Virus record (IMG/VR): IMGVR_UViG_3300038461_000154
Origin: an uncultured virus (IMG/VR IMGVR_UViG_3300038461_000154)
Taxonomy: Duplodnaviria > Heunggongvirae > Uroviricota > Caudoviricetes
Length of the DNA stretch: 64,000 nt
Direction: 5' to 3' (one strand)
The number at the start of each line of letters is the position of its first letter. Position 1 is the first letter of the stretch. Position numbers and translations under genes: made by a program. The notes under the pieces were generated by a model. The model did no database searches, was not told where the DNA came from, and worked only from the letters and a program-made list of their open reading frames with translations. Shown one piece after another: positions 45,699 through 54,751 of the stretch.

Positions 45699-45892
45699 GC
45701 TATCTTCTTTTGAACCCGTGTTGGTGTCGCATAATAGTGGGCACCTTTGGCCGAATTAAGCTTGTTCAAACGGATAACTTCTTTTACCGCCTTCTCTGGC
45801 TCCCAAACAACACTCTTAACCGTAACAACTTTCGCATCACTGGCAAAAACATCTTCACGCACAATGGCGTATGCTACTTCGTAACCCTTCAT
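45692..45892 (-). CDS. hypothetical protein leading the sub-array
   Basis: GGAG RBS; promoter motif at 45926. Confidence 0.7.
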   Translation of the reverse strand: MKGYEVAYAIVREDVFASDAKVVTVKSVVWEPEKAVKEVIRLNKLNSAKGAHYYATPTRVQKKIAC

Positions 45893-45987
45893 CTTATTTT
45901 CTCCCTACACGTTCGCACCATCATTGTATCGTTAATCAATACCGAATTTTATTGTAGAATTCGGCTAAAAACAAGTATATACTGCCA

Positions 45988-46170
45988 ATGGAGGTAAAAG
46001 AAATGAAAAAAGTAATATGTGCGCTTTTTGGTCATAAATGGATTGGAACACACGAAGAAGTCAATGAACGCACCCGTATGACTACCGGCGTCAATCAAAC
46101 ATGCGACAGGTGCGGGAGAAAACGGTTCAAAACGGATAAGCATCCGCGTCATGTTGGTGGAATGTGGTAA
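45988..46170 (+). CDS. DUF1660-like small phage protein
   Basis: ICALFGHKW..CDRCG; GGAGG before MKK (46003). Confidence 0.65.
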   Translation: MEVKEMKKVICALFGHKWIGTHEEVNERTRMTTGVNQTCDRCGRKRFKTDKHPRHVGGMW

Positions 46171-46173
46171 GCC

Positions 46174-46374
46174 ATGTTAAACAAAAAAGTGTGCATGACT
46201 TGTCATAAATCGTATGACCACAACTGCAAAGAACATGGTTGCGAAAAAGCATGGGAAGAATTTGGGATTGTATACTGTCTTTGGGCGTGGTCTATTCATA
46301 CTGAAAAAGAACCACCAAAACAATGTGCATATATCCTAGAACACGCAGTAAATCAGAAAGCAAGTAAATGTTAA
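46174..46374 (+). CDS. CPYLE family Cys-rich protein (inverted block)
   Basis: Family motifs. Confidence 0.85.
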   Translation: MLNKKVCMTCHKSYDHNCKEHGCEKAWEEFGIVYCLWAWSIHTEKEPPKQCAYILEHAVNQKASKC

Positions 46375-46586
46375 ATCATGAGCTTTGTAAAAATTGCTGC
46401 CGTAAAAATGCTTTTGCTGGCTTCAAAAACGATGCAGAGTTTGATGAAGTATTCGAGAAGCGTTGGAATTACGGATTGGTTAATTGTGTTTCTGAAGGGT
46501 GGTTTCATTTCGACAAAAGAGCTACACCGCCTGATTCATGTTTATACATTCTTGAACAAACTTTGGAGAGATGCCAACATGAATAA
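46368..46586 (+). CDS. CPYLE family Cys-rich protein (inverted block)
   Basis: Family motifs. Confidence 0.85.
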   Translation: MLNHELCKNCCRKNAFAGFKNDAEFDEVFEKRWNYGLVNCVSEGWFHFDKRATPPDSCLYILEQTLERCQHE

Positions 46587-46926
46587 ATATAAATACGTAA
46601 CGCCGAAATGCTGTGAACGAGCGCAAAAGGAAAAAGCCGTCTATCTTAGAGTGAAGGACGGCTACTACGGCAACAATATCAACCGCGATAGCCCCGTTGA
46701 ATGGGTTACGTCTGGTTGGGCAGATGAACTGAATTGCCAACAAGAAGTACCAGCTAACTTTTGTCCGTTCTGTGGCACGAAAGTACCTAGAATTGTGAAG
46801 CGCAAAGACCCGCCAGAAAAAGTGATTACTGTTTCTGACGGTGGTTACTACTGTGATACATGCAAAAAACGGCTGAATGTGTGCGAGTGTGAATGCATAG
46901 AAGCTCTTTGGGAACCGAAATGTTAA
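46579..46926 (+). CDS. non-family Cys-rich protein
   Basis: CC..FCPFCG..CDTC..CEC. Confidence 0.75.
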   Translation: MNKYKYVTPKCCERAQKEKAVYLRVKDGYYGNNINRDSPVEWVTSGWADELNCQQEVPANFCPFCGTKVPRIVKRKDPPEKVITVSDGGYYCDTCKKRLNVCECECIEALWEPKC

Positions 46927-47138
46927 ACTACAAAGCCTGTGTTTCTTGTGTCAAAGAAAATTTTGGCGATAAAATGTCAGATTCTATATTGACAGAATGG
47001 AAAAATCGTTGGAAATTTGGAATGTGCAATTGCCCTTATCATCACAGCTTTCCATATCTATCTTTTTCAATAAAAGTTGAAGCCAAAGACCCGCCAGAAA
47101 ATTGCCCTTATGTGTTAGAACAGATGGTAAGCCAATAA
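46920..47138 (+). CDS. CPYLE family Cys-rich protein (inverted block)
   Basis: Family motifs. Confidence 0.85.
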   Translation: MLNYKACVSCVKENFGDKMSDSILTEWKNRWKFGMCNCPYHHSFPYLSFSIKVEAKDPPENCPYVLEQMVSQ

Positions 47139-47140
47139 AA

Positions 47141-47353
47141 ATGCTTAATAAGAAACTTTGCCAACGTTGTTTTCAAGAGCAACTACCTTCGCATCTTGAG
47201 AAGTGGAACGAACGAGATGAAATACGGTGGGAACAGAGTGTTGTTATGTGCCCTGCCAATGTGAGAGCTTATCGTCCGTTTCTTTTTCCAATAAATGAAG
47301 TGCCTAGCCATTGCCCTTATATTTTAGAGCATACCGTATGTTCAAGCGCGTAA
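47141..47353 (+). CDS. CPYLE family Cys-rich protein (inverted block)
   Basis: Family motifs; 3' end overlaps a convergent paralog. Confidence 0.85.
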   Translation: MLNKKLCQRCFQEQLPSHLEKWNERDEIRWEQSVVMCPANVRAYRPFLFPINEVPSHCPYILEHTVCSSA

Positions 47354-47508
47354 GGACATTTCTTCGGCATACGCTTGATGGATTTTGGTTCATCATTATC
47401 AGTAAAAGGACAAAGCACCTTCCCATTCTTCCAACGTTTTTCGTCTTCTTTATCCCACTTTAACATGGTCCGATTGCAACATTGTTTACAAATTCTTTTG
47501 TTTAGCAT
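47317..47508 (-). CDS. CPYLE family Cys-rich protein
   Basis: Family motifs. Confidence 0.85.
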   Translation of the reverse strand: MLNKRICKQCCNRTMLKWDKEDEKRWKNGKVLCPFTDNDEPKSIKRMPKKCPYALEHTVCSKI

Positions 47509-47702
47509 TTCTTGGCACTCACCAAATGTTCAAGTGTATACTTACAATGTTCTGGTGGTGTGAGAATGCCACTATATATCATGTTGAAATGGTTATCGAG
47601 AGGACAAATTATTATTTTACGTCTCCAACGTCTTTCGTCAACGCTAGTCCATATTGTCCCATATCGCTTAATGCACTTTTTACAAATCTTTTTGTTCAGC
47701 AT
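47502..47702 (-). CDS. CPYLE family Cys-rich protein
   Basis: Family motifs. Confidence 0.85.
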   Translation of the reverse strand: MLNKKICKKCIKRYGTIWTSVDERRWRRKIIICPLDNHFNMIYSGILTPPEHCKYTLEHLVSAKKC

Positions 47703-47908
47703 TGGCTAGATTCCATCAGCACATGCTCCAAAAGGTATGGACACTTTTCTGGAACCTTAAAGTTTTTGTCCTCAAGCCAAGTTACATCGGCCAATAAGCA
47801 TCGTTTGAACCAGCAATGACAACACCGGAAATCTCTTCTAATTTCTTCCATGTCTGCATCAAGACTTATCCCTCTGCAAAGTTTCTCAACTTGCGCCTTG
47901 CTAATCAT
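47696..47908 (-). CDS. divergent CPYLE family protein
   Basis: CPYLLEH tail; rearranged Cys pattern. Confidence 0.75.
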   Translation of the reverse strand: MISKAQVEKLCRGISLDADMEEIRRDFRCCHCWFKRCLLADVTWLEDKNFKVPEKCPYLLEHVLMESSQC

Positions 47909-47918
47909 GTCTCGCCTT

Positions 47919-48902
47919 CTACACTAGCGTCTTCATCGTTGCAAGATATTCAATTGCCTTCTCAGTTCCCCAAGCATGAATACACCAATTGTTTTTCGTC
48001 ACGTCTTCTTTGGTGAACAAACTCATTACGTGTTGCAGATTTGTCTTTGACCAATCAATGTTAATCACTCGCTTCCGCCAGCCAATCTTGAACGTTCCTA
48101 CCGCAGTCTTCACTAGATACCAAGGTGCGCAAACAGTACAAGGGCAGTATTCATTTGGAATAGCCGCTATGTCTTGAACCTTGTATCCGGCCTTGTAGAA
48201 AATGTCCAAGAAGTTTTCCTTCTCTGCCTTGGCCTGCGCAGTACGATGACAGTTGTAATGAGCGAATTTGAAGACATAAACATAAACGTCGTCACCTTCC
48301 TGAATAACATAGTTTTCGTCAATGCCTTTCTCTTTACCAACCCACCCTTTCTCGTTCACTTTAAGAGTCTTGTAATCGGGGAGAGGAGTCAAATCAATAT
48401 AGCGGTCATTGCGAATCGGCTTATCATAACAAAACCAATAGATTCCATCGGTCTTTTGATTCAACAATTCCTGCAACGCTTTCAAAGTGGTGCCTACATG
48501 TTCCTTCAATGACATGACAATATTTGACTTCAGTTCTACAGTGTCATGGCAATTTTCAATAGTCCATTTCTCACCACACACGGAACAAACAACTCGTTCT
48601 GGTGGAATACCGTGTTCAAACGAATGACTATAGCCTTCGTCAGAACCATTAGCTCTCAAAAATTCAGACAAGGCTTCTCGCGTAATAATATCGGGGATAG
48701 CAGGGAACCTCTCTTTCAACGACTTCCCAAGAACTTTGCCACAATTGCCACATTCATCCAAGACCCAACGGCCCAAAATCATAAACCAATCCAGCCGTTC
48801 GTGGTCGTCATAACCAGATTTTTTACGGCTTTTGGTTAGCTTATTCAATTTTTCCAGGCTTCCCAAACAATCTTGAATCTCTCCAATCGTATTGTATTTC
48901 AT
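47919..48902 (-). CDS. hypothetical phage protein (327 aa)
   Basis: Long ORF; IGWRKRVINIDW C-terminal motif; several Cys pairs. Confidence 0.85.
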   Translation of the reverse strand: MKYNTIGEIQDCLGSLEKLNKLTKSRKKSGYDDHERLDWFMILGRWVLDECGNCGKVLGKSLKERFPAIPDIITREALSEFLRANGSDEGYSHSFEHGIPPERVVCSVCGEKWTIENCHDTVELKSNIVMSLKEHVGTTLKALQELLNQKTDGIYWFCYDKPIRNDRYIDLTPLPDYKTLKVNEKGWVGKEKGIDENYVIQEGDDVYVYVFKFAHYNCHRTAQAKAEKENFLDIFYKAGYKVQDIAAIPNEYCPCTVCAPWYLVKTAVGTFKIGWRKRVINIDWSKTNLQHVMSLFTKEDVTKNNWCIHAWGTEKAIEYLATMKTLV

Positions 48903-49270
48903 CCCACTCTCTCCTTTTGAGTTTCCATGCCTCTTGAAACCAAATGTTCTAAAACATACCGACAAGTTTCTGGTGGTTTGTTGGCATAAGCGAAGCAGAA
49001 ATAGAATTGAAGAGGTGGATAATAATGTCTAGTTACCAGCTTCATAGAGCTAGAATCATTTAACATTCTCGCCACATCTACCAATTCTTCGGCCTTAATC
49101 GGGCAAGGCATCTTCCGGCTCTTACCAAAAGTTTCTTCAAACCACTTATCAAATTCTCGTTCGTGCAGTTTGAGCCAACTTGCATGACCACCACGCGCTA
49201 CCACTTGAAGATGATAAGCGCGCATGTACTCGTAAATGCACCGCTTGCACACGTCTTTCACCAATAACAC
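48899..49270 (-). CDS. CPYLE family Cys-rich protein (long subfamily)
   Basis: Family motifs; AGGAGG RBS; promoter motif at 49298. Confidence 0.85.
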   Translation of the reverse strand: MLLVKDVCKRCIYEYMRAYHLQVVARGGHASWLKLHEREFDKWFEETFGKSRKMPCPIKAEELVDVARMLNDSSSMKLVTRHYYPPLQFYFCFAYANKPPETCRYVLEHLVSRGMETQKERVG

Positions 49271-49313
49271 GGCCTTGTAGAACCTCCTTGATTAGTTGTA
49301 TCGTTACGCGGCA

Positions 49314-49544
49314 TTATTTTTTCAAAACAATATGCTCCAAAACATAAGGGCAAAAATCAGGCGCTTTGTCATGGATATTGGTTAGGATGCAATCTGCCGC
49401 TCTACGCTTATCCGTATATTGGCACCACACTTGTTCGTTCTGCCATGTTCTTTCAAAATGGTAATCATAATTCGTCCAATGATTTTTTCTAGCGGCGTGG
49501 CATCTTTTACAGAGCGTTTCGTTAAGCATTTGGCCTTTAGCCAT
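49314..49544 (-). CDS. CPYLE family Cys-rich protein
   Basis: Family motifs. Confidence 0.85.
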   Translation of the reverse strand: MAKGQMLNETLCKRCHAARKNHWTNYDYHFERTWQNEQVWCQYTDKRRAADCILTNIHDKAPDFCPYVLEHIVLKK

Positions 49545-49789
49545 CCTCTCTTTTGACCCGCCAACATTATACTTGCAGACAAAATCACTTTCCACAACAA
49601 TCCTCAATAACACAAATCATGCACGATAACTAAGACAGCTTTGCCGTGCGTTTTAAGCGTTACTAATGCACCTTGTGCAAAAGCAGCCGAAGAGATAGTT
49701 ATTGACAAAGGCTAATCTGTTAGAAGTTAGATGTAAAACAGGCCCACAGCGCGTCTAATGAGCGGTAAAGGGCATTTGGTGAAGGATAC

Positions 49790-50101
49790 TTAGTCCGTTG
49801 CTTCCTTTGAGTCCTGAAAAACGATATGTTCCATCTGATAAGGGCATTTTGGATGAACAAAACGAGCCGGTCCTTCGTTATACTTCCGACAAGGACAATA
49901 ACCTTCAAGCTGTCTAATACGTAGTTCTCTCACTTCCCCGCTTGTGCGCTCTATGTCGGCTATTACTTTGACTAATTCTTCGTCGTTTGTCCCTTTGGCA
50001 AACAAGCTGCGAATGTTGTTTAGCTGTGCAGTAATGGCAGGCTCTAGTATTTGACTGGTACACTTATGGCAAATAGTTGGACTAACTTTAAGGCGCATCA
50101 T
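49790..50101 (-). CDS. divergent CPYLE family protein
   Basis: CHKC..YCPC..CPYQMEH. Confidence 0.8.
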   Translation of the reverse strand: MMRLKVSPTICHKCTSQILEPAITAQLNNIRSLFAKGTNDEELVKVIADIERTSGEVRELRIRQLEGYCPCRKYNEGPARFVHPKCPYQMEHIVFQDSKEATD

Positions 50102-50474
50102 TTTGGGCTATCTCTTTGGCCTTTTCAAACACATTGGCAAACGTAAAATCCTTACCCAATACTTTACCTTTAGCAACCAAAAAATTGATGGCATTTGTCA
50201 ATTTTTCTTCATACTCGCGTTGTGCCCGTGCCTTCTCTATTTTATCTTGTTCGTCTTTTTCTGCCCATTTGATTCTGTATTCGATTCTTCCGGGTTCATC
50301 AAGGTTACTTTCAAGCACCTCTTTGATTTCAAAGTCTTCATCATACACCTCAAAGTAGTTCTGTATTTCTTTGCGCAGAGTCCAGTAACGGGTTTTGAAT
50401 TCTTGAGCTTTTTCAGCCTTGACTTTGGCAACAGCTAGTTCTCGTTCTTCCTCTGTTTTGTCGGATGCATTCAT
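50088..50474 (-). CDS. charged helical hypothetical protein
   Basis: Coupled ORF. Confidence 0.75.
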   Translation of the reverse strand: MNASDKTEEERELAVAKVKAEKAQEFKTRYWTLRKEIQNYFEVYDEDFEIKEVLESNLDEPGRIEYRIKWAEKDEQDKIEKARAQREYEEKLTNAINFLVAKGKVLGKDFTFANVFEKAKEIAQNDAP

Positions 50475-50671
50475 TTTATATGCTCGCCTTTCTTCATTGA
50501 CTCGTACATAATTCCAACTCGGTTACAAATCGGGCAACACCATTCTCCATTTTTCGTGCGCCAACCTACCCGTTCCATAAACATCTGAGAATCAAATTCA
50601 GGGTCATCTGGCTCGGTGTATAGCGTCAATGTAACTTTCACACCACATTTGCATTGGCGTATGAATTCCAT
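50471..50671 (-). CDS. small Zn-binding protein
   Basis: CKC..GW..CPIC; AAGGAG RBS. Confidence 0.7.
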   Translation of the reverse strand: MEFIRQCKCGVKVTLTLYTEPDDPEFDSQMFMERVGWRTKNGEWCCPICNRVGIMYESMKKGEHIK

Positions 50672-50685
50672 TTTAGACTCCTTTC

Positions 50686-50907
50686 TTACTTATTGGCTTT
50701 TGCTTCTCTACGCTGCGCTAGAATTTTTTGTATAGTGGTAATGTAATCAGTCCATGGCATAAAATCGTCAGAAGGAAAACAGTCATCTTCATCATATTGT
50801 TCTTTAGACTGCTCCCAAATACGATTTTCATTCTGTGCCATAGAAAGAACTTCCCACAATTGTTTAGTGGGAAGTCTTTCTAATTGCGTGTCAGTAAAAA
50901 TTCTCAT
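50686..50907 (-). CDS. hypothetical protein
   Basis: ORF in operon. Confidence 0.6.
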   Translation of the reverse strand: MRIFTDTQLERLPTKQLWEVLSMAQNENRIWEQSKEQYDEDDCFPSDDFMPWTDYITTIQKILAQRREAKANK

Positions 50908-50920
50908 GTGGTTAAAGCCA

Positions 50921-51406
50921 TTATTCCTTGCGCCAACCACCAATAGCAATGTTTGTAAAAGCCACAGTTCCACTAGGCAATCCATTGTCAGTTACACAAG
51001 AAAACGTCACAATTGGCGTGCGTATGAGAATGAGTGCTTTATGGCATCCCAACTTTGAAAGAATGTCAAGTTTCACATCAATTTGCTTTTGTACTGCATT
51101 GCGAATGAAACTTTCGCCTTGTGGACCTTCTGCCGAAAGTTCAAACAACGGCATGAACTGCCGTTTTCTCTTTTCAAGGACGGTAAGAATATCATTACCA
51201 TCCTCTATAAATACCATGTTAGGCGGTGTCTTCAATACCTCTCCTGAATCCAAAACAAGGCCAGCCCCAACGATGTGAAGCTCTCCATCTGCTAACGTGT
51301 AAGTACCAACTTCAATCTTCTTTGTTTCTGAGGCAAGAACCTTTGACCCAATCAAAGGCATGGCAAAAGCAGCGGCACCAAGTCCGAAAAATGAACGTCT
51401 GTCCAT
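50921..51406 (-). CDS. protein with twin-arginine (Tat)-like signal peptide
   Basis: MDRRSFFGLGAAAFAMP..VLA; GGAGG RBS. Confidence 0.75.
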   Translation of the reverse strand: MDRRSFFGLGAAAFAMPLIGSKVLASETKKIEVGTYTLADGELHIVGAGLVLDSGEVLKTPPNMVFIEDGNDILTVLEKRKRQFMPLFELSAEGPQGESFIRNAVQKQIDVKLDILSKLGCHKALILIRTPIVTFSCVTDNGLPSGTVAFTNIAIGGWRKE

Positions 51407-51459
51407 GGCAAATCCTCCAAAAAGTTTCCACCGCATTATACTTGGACGTTGAATGTTTT

Positions 51460-51795
51460 CTACAAAAAAATTTGGTTACGGATGAGGGATTTGAACCCCC
51501 AACCTAGAGCTTCAAAGGCTCCCGCTCTGCCAGTTGAGCTAATCCGTAACAACATCCTTCCTTTCTTTGGTGCTTTCTTTCCGTAATACTCGTAATCCGC
51601 GTCAGCAATCATTTGCTTCGCGTCATATATTCTACCGCAATTGGAACATAAAATGTAATACGGTTCAAAATTTTTCTTGTGATTCAAAAACCATGGTCTT
51701 GCTCCACAAATACAACGCATCTTGTCACCAGCACGATTAAGAATCATTTTGCGCAAGTCTGCAATTTTTACTGGCTTCTTAGCAAATGGGCGCAT
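51460..51795 (-). CDS. small Zn-ribbon protein (frame runs through tRNA-Gln)
   Basis: CIC..CSNC; GGAGG RBS. Confidence 0.55.
   Translation of the reverse strand: MRPFAKKPVKIADLRKMILNRAGDKMRCICGARPWFLNHKKNFEPYYILCSNCGRIYDAKQMIADADYEYYGKKAPKKGRMLLRISSTGRAGAFEALGWGFKSLIRNQIFL
51473..51548 (-). tRNA. trnQ: tRNA-Gln(TTG)
   Basis: Canonical 76-nt cloverleaf; CT-TTG-AA loop; GGTTCAAATCC; encoded CCA. Confidence 0.92.
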
Positions 51796-51796
51796 T

Positions 51797-52732
51797 CTAC
51801 CCTCCAAAGAATTTTTCCGCATTCACATAAGGAATGCCAGCCCGTGTTGCCGTTGTGTTATCGCTGGTCATATCACCTACGAATTTACAAAGTGCTGGAT
51901 TTAACTTGTACTTCTCAATGAACTGCACCACCAAACCTGTCTGTGGCTTCCGGCAAAAACATTGAATCGGCGCTGGTGCATGTGGGCAGAAAGCATATTC
52001 AATGTCCACTCCCAATAGCTCATTGGTTCTCTCAAAACACTTCCTTGCATCTTCCTCTGTAAACTCGCCTTTTGAAATACCACTTTGGTTTGACACACCC
52101 AACAGACGATAGCCTTGCTTCTCACAATCAAGCAGAATTTTTGTACGCCCTTCCAAAACTTCAACGTCATCGGGAGTGATAGGATACTTTCTGCCCGATT
52201 TGCTCTTGCGCAAAGTTCCATCGAAATCAAAGAAGACTGCCTTGTTTATGTATGTTGAATCATACTTGCGTTTGAATTCAACGAACTCAACACTGGCAAA
52301 GCCTTCTGACGTGTGAGGAAGTTCTACTTGTTTCCGGTAAGAGAACAAGGCAGCGGGCGGGAATACATTAGGGTCTTTGCACGCCTTAATCTGTGCGGGC
52401 GAAAGCAAACTACCATGCCGCTTAATCATTCGGCAGACCGCATTGATTGCCGCATCTTCAATGGTGGTATTCAACCAAACGACGCGAACGGGGATGTTAA
52501 ACTTCTTACCAATGTCAACGATTTTCTTGCGCTGGTCTTTCTTGGTGTATGTGTTGTCAAGGACGTAGCTCTGTTTATCGCCATTTGCCAAAGCACTAGC
52601 TAAGGCATTGGCAATATCATCAAGACTGCCACCTTCGGTGTCACGGTTCAAACGTTTATGGTCTGGATATTGGTCAACGAAAGATGTTTTTCCAGCAGCG
52701 GGGCATCCACATACCAAGACGATTTCAGGCAT
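51797..52732 (-). CDS. bifunctional P-loop kinase / HAD-IIIA phosphatase (polynucleotide kinase-phosphatase-like)
   Basis: GCPAAGKT Walker A, VLDNT; DFDGT, SNQSG, CPH..CFCRKP, VGD. Confidence 0.85.
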   Translation of the reverse strand: MPEIVLVCGCPAAGKTSFVDQYPDHKRLNRDTEGGSLDDIANALASALANGDKQSYVLDNTYTKKDQRKKIVDIGKKFNIPVRVVWLNTTIEDAAINAVCRMIKRHGSLLSPAQIKACKDPNVFPPAALFSYRKQVELPHTSEGFASVEFVEFKRKYDSTYINKAVFFDFDGTLRKSKSGRKYPITPDDVEVLEGRTKILLDCEKQGYRLLGVSNQSGISKGEFTEEDARKCFERTNELLGVDIEYAFCPHAPAPIQCFCRKPQTGLVVQFIEKYKLNPALCKFVGDMTSDNTTATRAGIPYVNAEKFFGG

Positions 52733-52733
52733 T

Positions 52734-53000
52734 TTACTTTTCCTTTTTTACGGGTAGTAGAGCCAATGTTGTCCAAGCAAAAGTTAAGATTAGACACGCT
52801 CCAATTGTATTTTCCGTGTTATGATTCCACGCACTAAGACCCAACAGAACAAAGGCAATGATAATACCCGTCATTGATAGTGGCTTAGCATAATCTAAAA
52901 ACATTTGCATTTTAATCATCCCTTCGTTCGTCTTCTTCATGAAAAGAATGTGCGTTTTCATGCGCACATCTGATACACATTCCCGTCCAATCGTATCCAC
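52734..53000 (-). CDS. small two-TM membrane protein
   Basis: Two hydrophobic segments; start uncertain. Confidence 0.55.
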   Translation of the reverse strand: MDTIGRECVSDVRMKTHILFMKKTNEGMIKMQMFLDYAKPLSMTGIIIAFVLLGLSAWNHNTENTIGACLILTFAWTTLALLPVKKEK

Positions 53001-53074
53001 CTACTTCATTCAAAGGGCAATGACAAACCTCACAATAGCACCGTATTACCTTCTGTTTTTCCTTTGTGTTGTCT

Positions 53075-53284
53075 TCATTCATCCTTCATCGCCTTTTCTG
53101 CCGCCTTGTTTACATCTTCAACAATATAATCACGCCTTACCTTAACCACATCGCCATACCAAAGTTCTGCGCTACACGACTTGCGCTTTGGATTTTTCTC
53201 AAACCATTTGTAAAGCTGCTTAATCGCTTTTGCCGCAGCCTTGACAAGCTGTTTCTTGCTCAGCCTCTTGCAAAGCATAATCAT
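53075..53284 (-). CDS. small basic protein
   Basis: ATGA overlap. Confidence 0.65.
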   Translation of the reverse strand: MIMLCKRLSKKQLVKAAAKAIKQLYKWFEKNPKRKSCSAELWYGDVVKVRRDYIVEDVNKAAEKAMKDE

Positions 53285-53604
53285 GGTTGCTTCTCTCCTT
53301 CTTTCTCAGGTGGTGTATTCGGCAATAGTTCAATGATGACAACAAAAGCAACAGTATGAGAACTATCGCCAATAGGTTCGGTGATGCCTGTCATAGAAAC
53401 AGTCTTGAACTCTTTGTGCGTGTTTTGAAATTCGCCCAAACGGTCCTTGGACACCTTCCATGTTTGCTGGCCGGATTTCTCATTGGTGCTGATAAGTTCA
53501 GGGTCAGCATGGCGAGTATTATAGTCGCCATTGAAGATGCCAAAAATAATGGCAACAATGGCAACGACTACTAATATTTCAATGACTGTAACACCGCGTT
53601 TCAT
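53281..53604 (-). CDS. prepilin-type N-terminal cleavage/methylation motif protein
   Basis: MKRG-VTVIEILVVVAIVAII. Confidence 0.75.
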   Translation of the reverse strand: MKRGVTVIEILVVVAIVAIIFGIFNGDYNTRHADPELISTNEKSGQQTWKVSKDRLGEFQNTHKEFKTVSMTGITEPIGDSSHTVAFVVIIELLPNTPPEKEGEKQP

Positions 53605-53611
53605 TGACGTT

Positions 53612-53932
53612 CTACTCCTTTCCTTTTTCGGCCTTTGTTGCCTCAAAAGTCTCCGTAATCATAACCTTCCCCTGCAAGATGCCAAGATTACTGTATTCTT
53701 GGAACGTCAACACTTCAGGCTTCTCACCTTCGCGTGGTTCTCGGTGCAGTACCCAAAGGTTGTTATCCTTCCACGTGATATTGATTACTTTGGCTGAAAC
53801 CTTCTCGTTGATAGTCCCGCCAAACCTCTTGGCAGTCCAATTAGAACCGCAAATCGTCCAAATCAAGATAACAAGAATGCCCACGATGAACAAAATGTAA
53901 AGCAGTTCAACAATGGTAATTCCGCGCTTCAT
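53612..53932 (-). CDS. prepilin-type N-terminal cleavage/methylation motif protein
   Basis: MKRG-ITIVELLYILFIVGIL; promoter motif at 53973. Confidence 0.75.
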   Translation of the reverse strand: MKRGITIVELLYILFIVGILVILIWTICGSNWTAKRFGGTINEKVSAKVINITWKDNNLWVLHREPREGEKPEVLTFQEYSNLGILQGKVMITETFEATKAEKGKE

Positions 53933-54005
53933 AGTCTTCTCTCCTGTTGTAATGTTCCCTTTTCACATCTTTGTATCGTCAACTTCGCTTCTTTTTATCA
54001 CAGAA

Positions 54006-54284
54006 TTACTTTGGCATTTCTCCGTCACGAAAAGCTTCATAGGTAACAGAACCACCACACTTGCCTACTCCCGTAACAATAAGGGAACCTTTCGAGAGAT
54101 AGACCATATGGACATCACTGCGTTCTTTGCGCTTGATGAATGGCGTATAAGTAATGTCCTCACAGCCTGTACCTTGACAACGCAGGCATACCACAGCTTC
54201 ACCTTTAGCTTCGGCAAAACCACGATAAAGTCCAGTACCATCACAAGCACTACAAACCGCACGTACTGTTGCTTTGTTGCTCAT
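54006..54284 (-). CDS. DnaJ-type CxxCxGxG Zn-finger protein
   Basis: CSACDGTG and CLRCQGTG. Confidence 0.7.
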   Translation of the reverse strand: MSNKATVRAVCSACDGTGLYRGFAEAKGEAVVCLRCQGTGCEDITYTPFIKRKERSDVHMVYLSKGSLIVTGVGKCGGSVTYEAFRDGEMPK

Positions 54285-54489
54285 ACTTTCTTCCTTTCAA
54301 ATTCTCTTTCCAGCACGAACAAACAAACTTACCAACTTCACCAACACAGTACGTATCATCCCAAAGCAATGGACAAGGCTCTCCAATTTCACTAACGGCG
54401 CTCACATTCACTTTAAGTCCAACTTTGTCAAGATAGACACAATGGCCAAATTGTTGTGCAGCCTTGTCACTGTAATAGCCAATCTTCAT
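54250..54489 (-). CDS. hypothetical protein
   Basis: ORF in operon. Confidence 0.6.
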   Translation of the reverse strand: MKIGYYSDKAAQQFGHCVYLDKVGLKVNVSAVSEIGEPCPLLWDDTYCVGEVGKFVCSCWKENLKGRKYEQQSNSTCGL

Positions 54490-54493
54490 GGTT

Positions 54494-54739
54494 TCAGACC
54501 CACATCAATTCCTCAATTGCTGCCGGATTATCATGCACCATCTTAGCAATGTCTTTGGCCTTCAAACCTTTCTTTTGCGCACCTTCAAAAACGAGTTTAG
54601 GACTCACCGCGCCACAAGTCAACTGCAAACCAGAACAAATCCAAGCCAACAATTCTGTCTCGTTACAATTAGAGGCTCCTATCTTCTTGCCGGATTTGAG
54701 CGCAGCTTCGTATGTCATGATTGTTCCTGTTTCTCTCAT
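54494..54739 (-). CDS. hypothetical protein
   Basis: ORF in operon. Confidence 0.65.
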   Translation of the reverse strand: MRETGTIMTYEAALKSGKKIGASNCNETELLAWICSGLQLTCGAVSPKLVFEGAQKKGLKAKDIAKMVHDNPAAIEELMWV

Positions 54740-54751
54740 TGTAAAAATTCC

